In this document: positions 22,071-33,024 of the stretch, piece by piece
How positions within the stretch are numbered: the stretch's first letter is position 1
How the letters are laid out: every line of letters starts with the position of its first letter
Source: Pachysolen tannophilus NRRL Y-2460
Taxonomy: Eukaryota
Assembly: GCA_001661245.1 (NCBI GenBank)
Contig: KV454016.1
Coordinates: 62,001-126,000, forward strand
Length of the DNA stretch: 64,000 bases
Direction: 5' to 3'
Program-made: the position numbers and the translations under genes
The notes under the pieces: generated by a model
The model's database searches: none
What the model was told of the DNA's origin: nothing
The model's input: the letters and a program-made list of their open reading frames with translations, nothing else

Positions 22071-23740
22071 ATGAGATCTCAAGTTGGACTTGTCTCCCTC
22101 TTTTTAGGGTTGTTGTTATACTGTATGTAAGGAAAAAAAAAAAAACAGTGTTTATTTTTTTGATTTGATTTAAAATTAACTAACAAAATATAATCAAAGT
22201 ATTGGTTTCTGTTGATGCTCAACAATATGAAATTGGATCTAAAAAAAAGAAAAATATTATATTTATGGTTTCTGATGGAATGGGACCTGCTTCTTTATCA
22301 TTAGCAAGATCTTTCCGTCAATATAGAGATAATTTACCTTATGATGATATTTTAACTTTAGATAAACATCTTATTGGATCTTCAAGAACAATGTCTTCTT
22401 CTTCATTAGTTACAGATTCTGCTGCTGGTGCTACAGCTTTTAGTTGTAGTTTAAAAACTTATAATGGAGCTATTGGAATTGATCAATTTAAAAAACCATG
22501 TGGTACAATATTAGAAGCTTTAAAATTAAAAGGTTATATGACTGGAATGGTCGTCACCACCAGAATCACGGACGCCACACCAGCTTCATTTAGTTCACAT
22601 GCTGAATATAGATATCAAGAAGATTTAATTGCTCAACAACAATTGGGTGATTATCCCTTGGGAAGAATGGTTGATTTAATAATTGGTGGTGGTAAATGTC
22701 ATTTTTTACCAAATTCAATTGAAAATGGTTGTAGAAATGATAATTTAAATTTAATTGAAAAAGCTTTGAAAGATGGTTGGTCTATTATAAATAATAAATT
22801 AGAATTTGATTATTTAAATAATGGTTTTAATCTGTCATTACCATTATTAGCACTCTTGGCTCCAGGTGATATACCTTATGATTTAGATAGAGATCCATTA
22901 CAATATCCATCACTTGAAGAACAAACAATAACTGCTTTAAATGCTTTAAATAATTCAACAAAAAATTCAGATAAAGGTTTTTTTTTATTAGTTGAAGGTT
23001 CAAGAATAGATCATGCTGGTCATTCAAATGATCCAGCTGCTCAAGTTAGAGAAGTTTTAGCTTATGATAAAGCTTTTGAAGCAGCTTTAAAATTTGCTCA
23101 AAATTCTGATGATGAAACTATAATCATATCAACTTCAGATCATGAAACAGGTGGTTTAGTAACTGCAAGACAAATTTCTCCATCTTATCCAGATTATATT
23201 TGGTATCCTCAAGCTTTATTAAATGCTACTCATTCAGGTGAATTTATAACAAAAAAATTATTAGATTTTAAAAATAATTCAGGTAATAAAGATAATTCAC
23301 AATTATCACTGTTTGTTCAAAAAGAAATTTTGGAAAAAGATTTAGGTATATTTGATTATACTCTGGAAGATATTGATAAAATGATTAAAGGTTCTGCTTT
23401 AGATGTTGCAAATAATTTAGTTTCTATAAGATCACAAACAGGTTGGACAACTCATGGACATTCTGCTGTTGATGTTAACATTTATGCATACGGTAATTCT
23501 GAAAAATTGATGAACTCCTTATATAGACATCTAGGTGGGAATCATGAAAATATAGAAATAGGTAAATTCATGGAAAAATGGTTGGATGTAGATTTACAAA
23601 AAATTACAAAATTAGTTAAAGATACAAAATTTAAAGACTTACTGTTAGAACTAGAAATTCAAGATCAAGAACCAATATTAGTACATGGACCCAACGATGA
23701 AGAAGATGATGAATGGCACGAAAATGTTGCAAACTACTAA
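22071..23740 (+). CDS. PHO8: Alkaline phosphatase; exon 1 22071-22122, exon 2 22200-23740
   Basis: NIIFMVSDGMG, VTDSAAGATA (active-site Ser), EGSRIDHAGH, TSDHETGG, GWTTHGHSAVDV. Spliced N-terminus reads MRSQVGLVSLFLGLLLYLLVSVDAQQ. Confidence 0.92.
22123..22199 (+). other. Spliceosomal intron (77 nt) in PHO8
   Basis: GTATGT donor at 22123, branch AACTAAC at 22178-22184, AAG acceptor ending at 22199. The phase-1 join T|TA restores the frame. Confidence 0.82.
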
Positions 23741-24237
23741 GATAAAAATTATCAATTCATTATATTTATATTTCATATTAATACAAAAAGTAAAAAAAAA
23801 TTTTGTTAATAAAAATTTTAATTTTTTATTTTTTCTTTTAATGTTTCTTCTGCGCTTTAAACATTTTAAACATTTTATTAATACTTAATAGATCATTAAC
23901 TTTTTGATTTATTTATATATTTATTTATTTATATATATATATATATAATTATATATATCTGTATATATATGAATCATTATTTGGATTAAATTTTTGTTAG
24001 ATTAATCATTTTTAGATTCCAATCTTAATTATTTTGCGGTTATCATATATATATTTATTTATATATATATATATATGTATTTGTAAAATGTTGTTCTAAA
24101 AGGTTTTATCAAAAGAATAAAATTTTCTTTTTTAATTCAAAAAGAAAAGTATTATTTATTTTAAATAACAAGTAGAAACTAATATTTTGTTTCAGTGGTT
24201 ATTTTTTGAATTAGAGGAATAGTCAAGTTTTAAAAAA

Positions 24238-26898
24238 ATGCCACTCGGACTTCGACACCACTCGAAATCAACATCGCAGGTACAACCGCAAGACGTTGAT
24301 AACCATGGTCATGAACTAAGGCCACATAGCCATTCGGTATATGGTAGCAATCACACTGGTAATCATAATAATAATAATAATCATAATGCCGATTCGAATT
24401 TTTTTTCTGATGGTTCAAATGCATCTACAGCTAGTAGCAGTGCTTCTTCATTTTTCGATAAGGACAATTCATCACGGTCGAACAATAATATGTCTTTATA
24501 TGGCCAAAATCAAAAACATGAAAGTAATAGCGGTAGTAGTTCAGGAGCACTGTCAGGTTCTTTATCAAGAACAAATTCAAATTCTGTGGGTGCTAAATTG
24601 AAGAATTTATTTCATAAATCTCCAAATCATAGTAATACACATTTACCGCTACCACAAGATCAAATCCAACAACAGCTGCCTCATAACAATCCACAGAGAA
24701 ATGCATTACCCAAGATAGATACTACTGCAAGATCTAAAAGTCCGTCTCAATCGACACTTGTCACTCCAGTTACAGCTACGCCATCTGCTGTCACACCACA
24801 ACAGGGAACTGCAAGTCCAGCTGTTTCACCCGCTTTTTCTTTCCAAAAGACACCAGTAAGCGCTAATCCCATTAATAGATCACCACAACAAAAGGGATCT
24901 TCTCCTAATAACAGTTCGGATAACATAGCTACTCCTTCACCATCAAGCGCACAAATGAAAAGAAACGTTTCGAATAGTGATATTAATGGCGCATTAGCAA
25001 AATTAAGATTACAAATGCCACCAGTTTTTGAAAATGATTTGGATGAAGTTTTAGAAGGTGTTATGGAAGATGATAAGACAGAATTAAATCAAAATGAAAA
25101 CATAGAAAATAATAGCACTAATATTTATTCCGTTGCAGATACAGATGATAATAATTCTTTGGCTGTAGAAAATACAGCACCAAATTCAGATTCTTCTTCA
25201 AATTCTGGAACTGCTGTGAAAACAGAAACAAGAAAACCAATCAAAGAAGGTAGTAATAATTCGGTATCAACAACTTCAACAATGACAAGCAGTAACAATA
25301 GCAATAGTTATGATAGTCATAATAGAGGACGTGTATCGCCATCTAGCAAACGTCCAAGATCACCTACTTTGTCTGATTTTTCAAGATCAAGATCAAATTC
25401 AAGAAGAAGAAGTAGAGCAGCATCGGTAAACACGGCTCAAACTCCATCAAGGTATTCTTTGCTTCCAACAAATTCTATTTCAATTTCGAACTTACCATCA
25501 CAAGATTTGTCTAATAAAAAGAAAAAATTTCATAGAGAAGGTTATTTAATAATATTTGAAGATGGTGTTACACCACATAAACATGATTTCCATAAATTGA
25601 AAAAAGAAGCAATACAAACTTCACCAAGTGGAGTATTATCAGCTTTACTTGGTGGTGTTAAAAAGAAGGAACAAAATCAACAGGACCGATTACACGATTT
25701 AAGCATGGAAGATGCATATAGTTTATTACCGGATAATTATTCTGCTAAATTAATTGAATTTAAATCCAAACCTGAAAATTATAGATATAATTATGAGGAT
25801 TATTTAACTGATGATGAAGATGAAGATATGCATGCAACAGATAATTCTTCTGTCTCTTCTTCTTCTTCTTCTTTGAATGATACTGATTATGATTCTGATG
25901 AAGATATAGATCCATTAATTGGGGATCAACAATTGGATATCATAAATGATTTAATTGATAAAATTGAAAATCCAACAAAATATAAAGAAAAACTTAAAAC
26001 ACATAAAAAATTGAAATTTTCTGAAAAATATGGTAAAATTCAAGGAGTTATAGGTAAAGGTGCTTATGGTACTATTAGATTATCTGTTAAACAACTGTCA
26101 GATAAAAGTGAAAAAATATTTGCTATAAAAGAATCGAAAAAAAAATTAAACGAAAAAATTCAACATTTTGCCAATAGAGTTACTTCAGAATTTATGATTT
26201 CATCTTCTTTAACTCATCAATCAATTATAAATACTTATGATATAATGATAGATTTTAATTCAAATACTTATTTACAAGTTATGGAATATATTCCATGTGG
26301 AGATTTATTTTCATTAGTTGAACAAACTAATGGATCAGGTTTGAAAACTTTAGAGGCTGATTGTTTTTTCAAACAAGTCTTAAATGCAATAAGTTATTTA
26401 CACTCTGTGGGAATTACTCATAACGATTTAAAAGTAGAAAATTTGTTATTAACACTGACGGGACAAATTAAGATAATTGATTTTGGTACTTCAACTCCTT
26501 TTAAATGTTCATGGGAAAAGTCTTGTTCAAAATCTGTTGGTCCTCAAGGTTCTGAACCTTATTGTGGACCAGAAATGTTTACAGATAAATCATATGATCC
26601 TAGATTGGCAGATATATGGTCATTAGGTATAATCTACTTAGTTATGAAAAATGGAAGCTATGTTTGGAAAATTGCAAATACTTCAGACCCAGCTTATAAT
26701 TATTACTTACAAAATAGACCTTCTCCCAAAAATCCAGAAGGATCTTACGATGTCATTGAAGATATCATTGGTCATCACAGAAGGAGTAGAAATAGAGTCT
26801 TATACGGAATGTTGGATCCAAATCCCAAGACAAGAATGAAATTAAAAGAAATATGGAAAAGTACATGGGTTAGAAATATCGAAATGTGCGAGCACTAA
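24238..26898 (+). CDS. Npr1/Hal5-family Ser/Thr protein kinase
   Basis: Long low-complexity N-terminus; C-terminal kinase with GKGAYG, AIKE, TSEFMISSSL, ADCFFKQ, HNDLKVEN, DFG, GSEPYCGPE, YDPR. Confidence 0.85.
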   Translation: MPLGLRHHSKSTSQVQPQDVDNHGHELRPHSHSVYGSNHTGNHNNNNNHNADSNFFSDGSNASTASSSASSFFDKDNSSRSNNNMSLYGQNQKHESNSGSSSGALSGSLSRTNSNSVGAKLKNLFHKSPNHSNTHLPLPQDQIQQQLPHNNPQRNALPKIDTTARSKSPSQSTLVTPVTATPSAVTPQQGTASPAVSPAFSFQKTPVSANPINRSPQQKGSSPNNSSDNIATPSPSSAQMKRNVSNSDINGALAKLRLQMPPVFENDLDEVLEGVMEDDKTELNQNENIENNSTNIYSVADTDDNNSLAVENTAPNSDSSSNSGTAVKTETRKPIKEGSNNSVSTTSTMTSSNNSNSYDSHNRGRVSPSSKRPRSPTLSDFSRSRSNSRRRSRAASVNTAQTPSRYSLLPTNSISISNLPSQDLSNKKKKFHREGYLIIFEDGVTPHKHDFHKLKKEAIQTSPSGVLSALLGGVKKKEQNQQDRLHDLSMEDAYSLLPDNYSAKLIEFKSKPENYRYNYEDYLTDDEDEDMHATDNSSVSSSSSSLNDTDYDSDEDIDPLIGDQQLDIINDLIDKIENPTKYKEKLKTHKKLKFSEKYGKIQGVIGKGAYGTIRLSVKQLSDKSEKIFAIKESKKKLNEKIQHFANRVTSEFMISSSLTHQSIINTYDIMIDFNSNTYLQVMEYIPCGDLFSLVEQTNGSGLKTLEADCFFKQVLNAISYLHSVGITHNDLKVENLLLTLTGQIKIIDFGTSTPFKCSWEKSCSKSVGPQGSEPYCGPEMFTDKSYDPRLADIWSLGIIYLVMKNGSYVWKIANTSDPAYNYYLQNRPSPKNPEGSYDVIEDIIGHHRRSRNRVLYGMLDPNPKTRMKLKEIWKSTWVRNIEMCEH

Positions 26899-27232
26899 AT
26901 CACTTATCAGGTTTTATCTCTCTTTTTTGCTTCTTCTCTTTTTATTTATCTATCTATGTATATTATTATCATTTACTTTCCACTCATTGCTAATAGAACT
27001 TCCAGTATTATTAAAACTCATCAAAACTTGTGTAGTGTATCGGAGCAATAAAAATAGTGTCATGTGACTTAAAAGTATACTAATTGGAAAATTGGTCAAG
27101 AAGAATAAGAATAAGAAGAAGAACAAGTATTTTTGATCAAGTTATTTAATTGATAAATTTTAAATGAGTAAATTTGTCATTTGAAATATATGGAATAAAT
27201 TGAATTTTATTTTCTGTGATATTTAGTTAAGA

Positions 27233-27916
27233 ATGGGTAAAGGAGGTAAAGGAGGAGAGAATTCCAAAAAAGCAGCAGGAAATGCTCGTAAACAGGAAGC
27301 TGCTAGTAGTAAGAAACAAAAAGAACTTGAAAAATTAGAAGCTGAAGAAGCTGAAGAATGGTCAAAAGGAGCTAAGACGAAACCTTCTAAGAAGCAATTG
27401 GAAGAAGAGAAAAAAGCTGAGGCGGCTAAAAAGAAGAAGGAAAGAGAAGAGATGTTGAAACAAGAAGAAGAATCATTACCTTCAAAACCTTCCAAAAATG
27501 CAAAGAGAGGTGCTGAAAAAATTGCTGCAAAGAGAACAGCAAAACTTGATGATTCTTTAAGCATGTTTTCTAGTGGTCCAGATACTGAGATATCTGCTAG
27601 TGGTATAGATAATGCTTTGGATGCTTTGTCCTTGGCAACGTCGAATAATAAACCTAAAATCGATAGACATCCAGAAAGAAGATTTAAAGCAGCATTCACT
27701 GCTTATAAAGATGCAAATATCGATAGAATTAAAAAGGAAAATCCAGGTTTAAATTTCACCCAAAGAGAAAAAATCTTGTATGAAGAATTTAAGAAACATC
27801 CTGATAATCCATTTAATCAAGAAAGCATCGCCTATAACGCTTCAGTCAATGATATCGCAGAGAAAAAGAAAGAAATCAAACAAAACCTCTCAAATAAATA
27901 TGAATCCGGTATCTAG
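27233..27916 (+). CDS. LSO2: CCDC124/Oxs1/Lso2-family ribosome hibernation factor (long form)
   Basis: GENSKKAAGNARK, EWSKGAK, IDRHPERRFKAAF and HPDNPFNQ motifs. Confidence 0.85.
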   Translation: MGKGGKGGENSKKAAGNARKQEAASSKKQKELEKLEAEEAEEWSKGAKTKPSKKQLEEEKKAEAAKKKKEREEMLKQEEESLPSKPSKNAKRGAEKIAAKRTAKLDDSLSMFSSGPDTEISASGIDNALDALSLATSNNKPKIDRHPERRFKAAFTAYKDANIDRIKKENPGLNFTQREKILYEEFKKHPDNPFNQESIAYNASVNDIAEKKKEIKQNLSNKYESGI

Positions 27917-28266
27917 GAACATCCAAGAACCCCGCCCCCATTGACTACTCAAACACACCCATTGTTTCATTAATGTCGTCCACGTCGTCGTTATCGTCGT
28001 CGTTATCGTTAACGAAACCCCATTTCACTATATATATATATATATATATATGTATAACTTCCTATTTAGGTAATTAATGTAATGATTTCCCTTTTTGTCT
28101 GTTTTCAAATTTTACGCGCTTTTTTTTAAAAAAACTCTTAATTTTAAAGAAATACCAAAACAAAAGGCTATTTTCTTTATATAATTGTAACTATAATTCG
28201 TGTTGGTTGTTGATATAACAGGTAGGATAAAGGTTATTGTGGTTATTGTGGCTTGTTTAGTTGCAG

Positions 28267-31200
28267 ATGAGTGATCTCAGTGATGATGAGTTTATTATGA
28301 GTGAAGCAGATGATGACTTTGTATCAGGTGGGAAGAAGGCGCCAAAGGTGAATCTGACAAAGAAGAAACCTTTAAAAGATACAACCAATACTACTAGTGT
28401 ATCAGCTTCAGCGTCAAGTAAGACTTCAGGATCTATTTCTAACTCGGCGGTCTCTAAGAAGAATAAGACTGCTTCAGAACAGTATCAAAAGCTTTCGCAA
28501 TTAGAGCATATTTTGAAGAGACCGGATACTTATGTTGGATCAGTTGAAAAATTTTCAAGTGAGTTGTGGATTTATGATGAAGATACTGAAAGTATGGCTT
28601 TGAAAACGGTTAGTATTGTTCCTGGTTTATTTAAAATATTTGATGAAATCTTGGTTAATGCTGCAGATAATAAAATAAGGGATGCTTCAATGAAGAGAAT
28701 TGATGTTACAATTGATCCAGAGAAAAATTTAATTGAAGTTAAAAATGATGGTAAAGGTATTCCAATTGTAATTCATGAAAAGGAAAAAATTTATATTCCA
28801 GAATTGATTTTTGGTAATTTATTAACATCTTCTAATTATGATGATGATGAGAAAAAAGTTACTGGTGGTAGAAATGGTTATGGTGCAAAATTGGCAAATA
28901 TATTTTCTACTGAATTTACAGTTGAAACTGCTGATAAGACAAAATTATATAAACAAACTTGGAAAGGAAATATGCAAACTGTAGGGAAACCTAAAATTAC
29001 AGATTTGAAAAAACCTACTGAATACACAAAGATTTCATTTTGTCCAGATTTGTCAAAATTTCATATGGAAAAATTAGATGAAGATATTTTAGGTGTCATG
29101 AGACGAAGAGTCTATGATATTTGCGGTTCTGTTAGTGGTGTTGATGTTTCATTGAATGGTAAAAAATTGAAAATAAAAGGTTTCAAACAATATGTTGGGA
29201 TGTACGTTAAAGCTTTAGAAGAAGCCAGAAATCCTACTCCAGCGGTTAAAACTGAAGACGATACTCCACAACCAACTTCTACACCTCCACCTACAATTGT
29301 TCATCAAGTTATTAATGATAGATGGGAAATAGCATTTGCAGTAACCAGTGACTCTTTTAAACAAGTTTCTTTTGTGAATTCTATTGCAACTACTTCAGGT
29401 GGTACTCATGTTAATTATTTAAGCGATATGTTAGTTAAAGAAATTACAGAAGCCGTTAAAAAGAGAAACAAGAAAGCTATCATTAAACCATTTCAAATTA
29501 GAAATAGCATGTTCATATTCATAAACTGTCTTATTGAAAATCCAAGTTTTACCTCTCAAACAAAAGAACAGTTAACTACAAGGCCAAGCCAATTTGGTGG
29601 TAAAAAAATTACAATTCCAGATGAATTTCTTAAAAAAGTTATGAAAACAGAAATTATTGCAAATGCTTTAGAAGCAGCTGCTTCAAATGCTGAAAAGGCA
29701 TTAGCTAGAAGTGATGGTACGAAAAAAAATAGAATTACCAAGTACGTTAAATTGGAAGATGCAAATAAAGCTGGAACGCGTGAAGGTTACAAATCAACTT
29801 TAATTTTAACAGAAGGTGATTCTGCAAAAACTTTGGCCGTTGCTGGGTTGGCTGTTGTAGGAAGAGATTATTATGGATGTTATCCATTAAGAGGAAAAAT
29901 GTTAAATATTAGAGAAGCAGGTATTGATCAAATTATGAAAAATGCTGAAATTCAAGCAATCAAAGAAATTATGGGTTTGAAACAAAGTGTTGTTTATGAT
30001 TCTCAAAAAGTTAAAGACTTACGTTATGGTCATATTATGATTATGACGGATCAGGATACCGATGGTTCTCATATTAAAGGTCTTATCATTAATTTTTTGA
30101 CTTCTTTCAAAGGATTATTGAATGTTCCTGGATTCTTGTTAGATTTCATGACACCAATTGTTAAAGTTACCATTTCTGGTAAAAACAAAAGGGTACTTTC
30201 ATTTTATAACATGCCAGAATATGAAAAATGGAGAGAAACTGAGGGTAAAACGTGTTCCTGGAAACAAAAGTACTACAAAGGTTTGGGTACATCTTCTCAA
30301 CAAGAAGCTAGAGAATATTTTTCTAATTTAGATCGTCACTTAAAGGAATTCCATTCTTTACAAGGTAATGATGATGCTAATATTGATCTAGCTTTCAGTA
30401 AAAAAAGAGCTGATGATAGAAAAGAATGGCTTAGAGGTTTTCAACCCGGTACCCATTTAGATCCAACGTTGAAAGAGGTTTACATATCAGAATTTATTAA
30501 CAAAGAGTTAATTTTGTTTTCAATGGCTGATAATATTAGGTCAATTCCTTCTGTTTTAGATGGTTTTAAGCCAGGGCAAAGAAAAGTGTTGTTTGCTTGT
30601 TTTAAAAGAAATTTGATAAACGATATTAAAGTTTCTGAATTGGCAGGTTTTGTCTCAGAAAAGACCGGATATCACCATGGTGAGCAATCTTTAGTTCAAA
30701 CTATTATTGGTTTAGCGCAAGATTTTGTGGGTTCAAACAATATCTACTTATTAATGCCTAATGGTTCTTTTGGTACTAGAGCTACTGGAGGTAAAGATGC
30801 ATCTGCTGCAAGATATATTTTCACAGAACTATCTAAGATCACCCCATTCATTTTTAATTCTGATGATAATGCATTATACTCTTATGTTCAGGATGATGAG
30901 CAAACAGTTGAGCCTGAATGGTACTTGCCAGTTATTCCAATGATTTTGGTAAATGGTGCAGATGGTATTGGAACTGGTTGGAGTACAAATATTCCAAATT
31001 ACAACCCATTAGATCTTACCAAAAACATCAAGCATTTAATGAATGACGAAGAAATAGAAGATATGATTCCTTGGTACCGTGGATGGGAAGGTAATATTGA
31101 GCCAAATGGTCCTGATAAGTATAAGATGACTGGTGTCATAACACAGATTGATGATAATACTTTAGTAATCACGGAATTGCCAGTGAAAATGTGGATTAAC

Positions 31201-32877
31201 AGTATGAAAGAATTTTTGTTGCTTGGACTTTCTGGTAATGAAAAAACAAAACCTTGGATTGAAGATATGACCGAAGAGCATGGCGTGGGTATTAAGTTTG
31301 TAGTTACCTTGAGTGATCTTGAAATGAAAAAAACTCATGAAATTGGCGTTTACGAGAGATTTAAATTAAATCAATCTGTTAGTTTGAGCAATATGGTTGC
31401 ATTTGATCCTAATGGTAGAATTAAAAAATATGAATCAGCTGAAGAGATTTTAAGAGATTATTATTTTATTAGACTAGAATTTTATCAAAAGAGAAAAGAT
31501 CATTTGTCAGAAGATTTGAGTAACCAATTGGAAAGATTATCAGCTCAAGCCAGATTCATCAAATTAATCATTGATGGATCATTAGTAATCAGTAACAGAA
31601 AAAAAGTCGATATTATTGATGATTTGATAGAATTGGAATTTCCAAAACTCGGTTCTAATGGAAAGATGATCAAAGTTGAAAATTCAGATACAGCAGTTAC
31701 TCAAGACGACATTGCAGTTGCAGAAGAAGAGGAAGAAGAGGTAGAAGAACTAGAAGGTGTTGAAGGGGCTGTTATCAATAAACGGTCAATCTTATCTTCA
31801 TACGACTACTTGTTGAATTTACCTATTTACAATTTGACTTTTGAAAAATATCAAAAATTGTTAGAGGAACAAAAGAAAAAAGAAGATGTTTTGATCACAT
31901 TATTAAAAAAATCAGCAAAAGATTTGTGGTCTGAAGATCTCGAAAAATTTGAAGAACAATATGCAAAATTCTTAGAACAGGATGAAGAAAAAAAGAACTC
32001 ATTGATTCCTGATAAAGTTTCTGGAAAAAAGAAAGGCAAACGGAAGTTCAAGACAGATACTTCCGCTACTTCTGCTACTTCAAAGAAAGTCAAACCCAAC
32101 ACAAACTCTAAAGTTAAAAAGGAAAGTTCTGTTGAACCTAATAAGTTACCTAAACAAAAGCAGTCAACGTTGCCGATTTCTTCAGCGGTAAAGAAGGAAG
32201 AAGTTAAAAGCGAAAAGCCCAGATTTCCATCAGTTTTCGGGAGATCTAACACAATATTTGGCTCACCCAAGACTTCAAAAGCGCCTAATTCAAGTACCAA
32301 AAAGAACGATGATATCCTAAAACCAGAAGAAATAACAAGTTATTTCAATATAGACTCCGATGATGATGATTTGAAAGATATTAGATCTTCTTCTAACTCT
32401 GGTTCGACTTCTAAAAATCCAACGTCATCGCTGTTTGTCATAAGTGATGATGACGATGATGAAAATAATCGGTCATTACTCAAAGCTGCTTCGACTTTAT
32501 CAAAAAGTAAATTCAGTTTTGACAGCAGTGATGAAGAAGTAGAATCTACACCAGTTCCAAAAACCAGCATTCCTAAAAATAATAAGATTAAAAATGATCC
32601 TGTAAATCAAAAGAAACCGACAGTAAAGAAACCAAATGCTAAGAGTTTGAAGTCATCAACACAAAAAGAAAGTGAAAGTGACCTTGAAATGCTTGATTCA
32701 TCTGAAGCTACACCAGAACCGGTTTCAAGACCAAGGAGGGCAGTTAAGGCTGGCTCTAAAAAAGTTAACACCTATAAATTTTCGGACGACGAGGACGAAG
32801 ATGAAAATGATGAAGACGAAGAAGAAGATGATGATGTTGAAGAAATTGATGATGATAGTGACGACTACTATGAATAG
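28267..32877 (+). CDS. TOP2: DNA topoisomerase II
   Basis: EHILKRPDTYVGS, GGRNGYGAK, TEGDSA, PLRGK, YYKGLGTS, catalytic Tyr in ASAARYIFT, acidic tail. ATG at 28267. Confidence 0.98.
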   Translation: MSDLSDDEFIMSEADDDFVSGGKKAPKVNLTKKKPLKDTTNTTSVSASASSKTSGSISNSAVSKKNKTASEQYQKLSQLEHILKRPDTYVGSVEKFSSELWIYDEDTESMALKTVSIVPGLFKIFDEILVNAADNKIRDASMKRIDVTIDPEKNLIEVKNDGKGIPIVIHEKEKIYIPELIFGNLLTSSNYDDDEKKVTGGRNGYGAKLANIFSTEFTVETADKTKLYKQTWKGNMQTVGKPKITDLKKPTEYTKISFCPDLSKFHMEKLDEDILGVMRRRVYDICGSVSGVDVSLNGKKLKIKGFKQYVGMYVKALEEARNPTPAVKTEDDTPQPTSTPPPTIVHQVINDRWEIAFAVTSDSFKQVSFVNSIATTSGGTHVNYLSDMLVKEITEAVKKRNKKAIIKPFQIRNSMFIFINCLIENPSFTSQTKEQLTTRPSQFGGKKITIPDEFLKKVMKTEIIANALEAAASNAEKALARSDGTKKNRITKYVKLEDANKAGTREGYKSTLILTEGDSAKTLAVAGLAVVGRDYYGCYPLRGKMLNIREAGIDQIMKNAEIQAIKEIMGLKQSVVYDSQKVKDLRYGHIMIMTDQDTDGSHIKGLIINFLTSFKGLLNVPGFLLDFMTPIVKVTISGKNKRVLSFYNMPEYEKWRETEGKTCSWKQKYYKGLGTSSQQEAREYFSNLDRHLKEFHSLQGNDDANIDLAFSKKRADDRKEWLRGFQPGTHLDPTLKEVYISEFINKELILFSMADNIRSIPSVLDGFKPGQRKVLFACFKRNLINDIKVSELAGFVSEKTGYHHGEQSLVQTIIGLAQDFVGSNNIYLLMPNGSFGTRATGGKDASAARYIFTELSKITPFIFNSDDNALYSYVQDDEQTVEPEWYLPVIPMILVNGADGIGTGWSTNIPNYNPLDLTKNIKHLMNDEEIEDMIPWYRGWEGNIEPNGPDKYKMTGVITQIDDNTLVITELPVKMWINSMKEFLLLGLSGNEKTKPWIEDMTEEHGVGIKFVVTLSDLEMKKTHEIGVYERFKLNQSVSLSNMVAFDPNGRIKKYESAEEILRDYYFIRLEFYQKRKDHLSEDLSNQLERLSAQARFIKLIIDGSLVISNRKKVDIIDDLIELEFPKLGSNGKMIKVENSDTAVTQDDIAVAEEEEEEVEELEGVEGAVINKRSILSSYDYLLNLPIYNLTFEKYQKLLEEQKKKEDVLITLLKKSAKDLWSEDLEKFEEQYAKFLEQDEEKKNSLIPDKVSGKKKGKRKFKTDTSATSATSKKVKPNTNSKVKKESSVEPNKLPKQKQSTLPISSAVKKEEVKSEKPRFPSVFGRSNTIFGSPKTSKAPNSSTKKNDDILKPEEITSYFNIDSDDDDLKDIRSSSNSGSTSKNPTSSLFVISDDDDDENNRSLLKAASTLSKSKFSFDSSDEEVESTPVPKTSIPKNNKIKNDPVNQKKPTVKKPNAKSLKSSTQKESESDLEMLDSSEATPEPVSRPRRAVKAGSKKVNTYKFSDDEDEDENDEDEEEDDDVEEIDDDSDDYYE

Positions 32878-33024
32878 AAAGGCAATAGAGTAATGCTTCA
32901 TAAATTTATATTTTGTTTTTATCGTTTTAATATAAAATGTAGAGACTATAATTTACCTGTAATTCTAAAACTTTTTATTATACCCAAGTTCATTTTCATA
33001 TACATCAATTTATGAATCTAAAGT

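Noticed and set aside
23900..24080. Long (TA)n-rich tracts, also near 10228, 17790 and 28028
   Set aside because: Ordinary microsatellites or 3'-end efficiency elements in an AT-rich yeast.
27164..27200. Short upstream ATG ORFs before LSO2
   Set aside because: Transcription start unknown, and such ORFs are expected by chance in AT-rich DNA.
27223..27699. Antisense or nested ORFs in the track (e.g. 27223-27699, 31851-32300, 49616-49987, 52576-52998, 20846-21157)
   Set aside because: Shadows of real genes on the opposite strand or in another frame; no motifs and often non-ATG starts.
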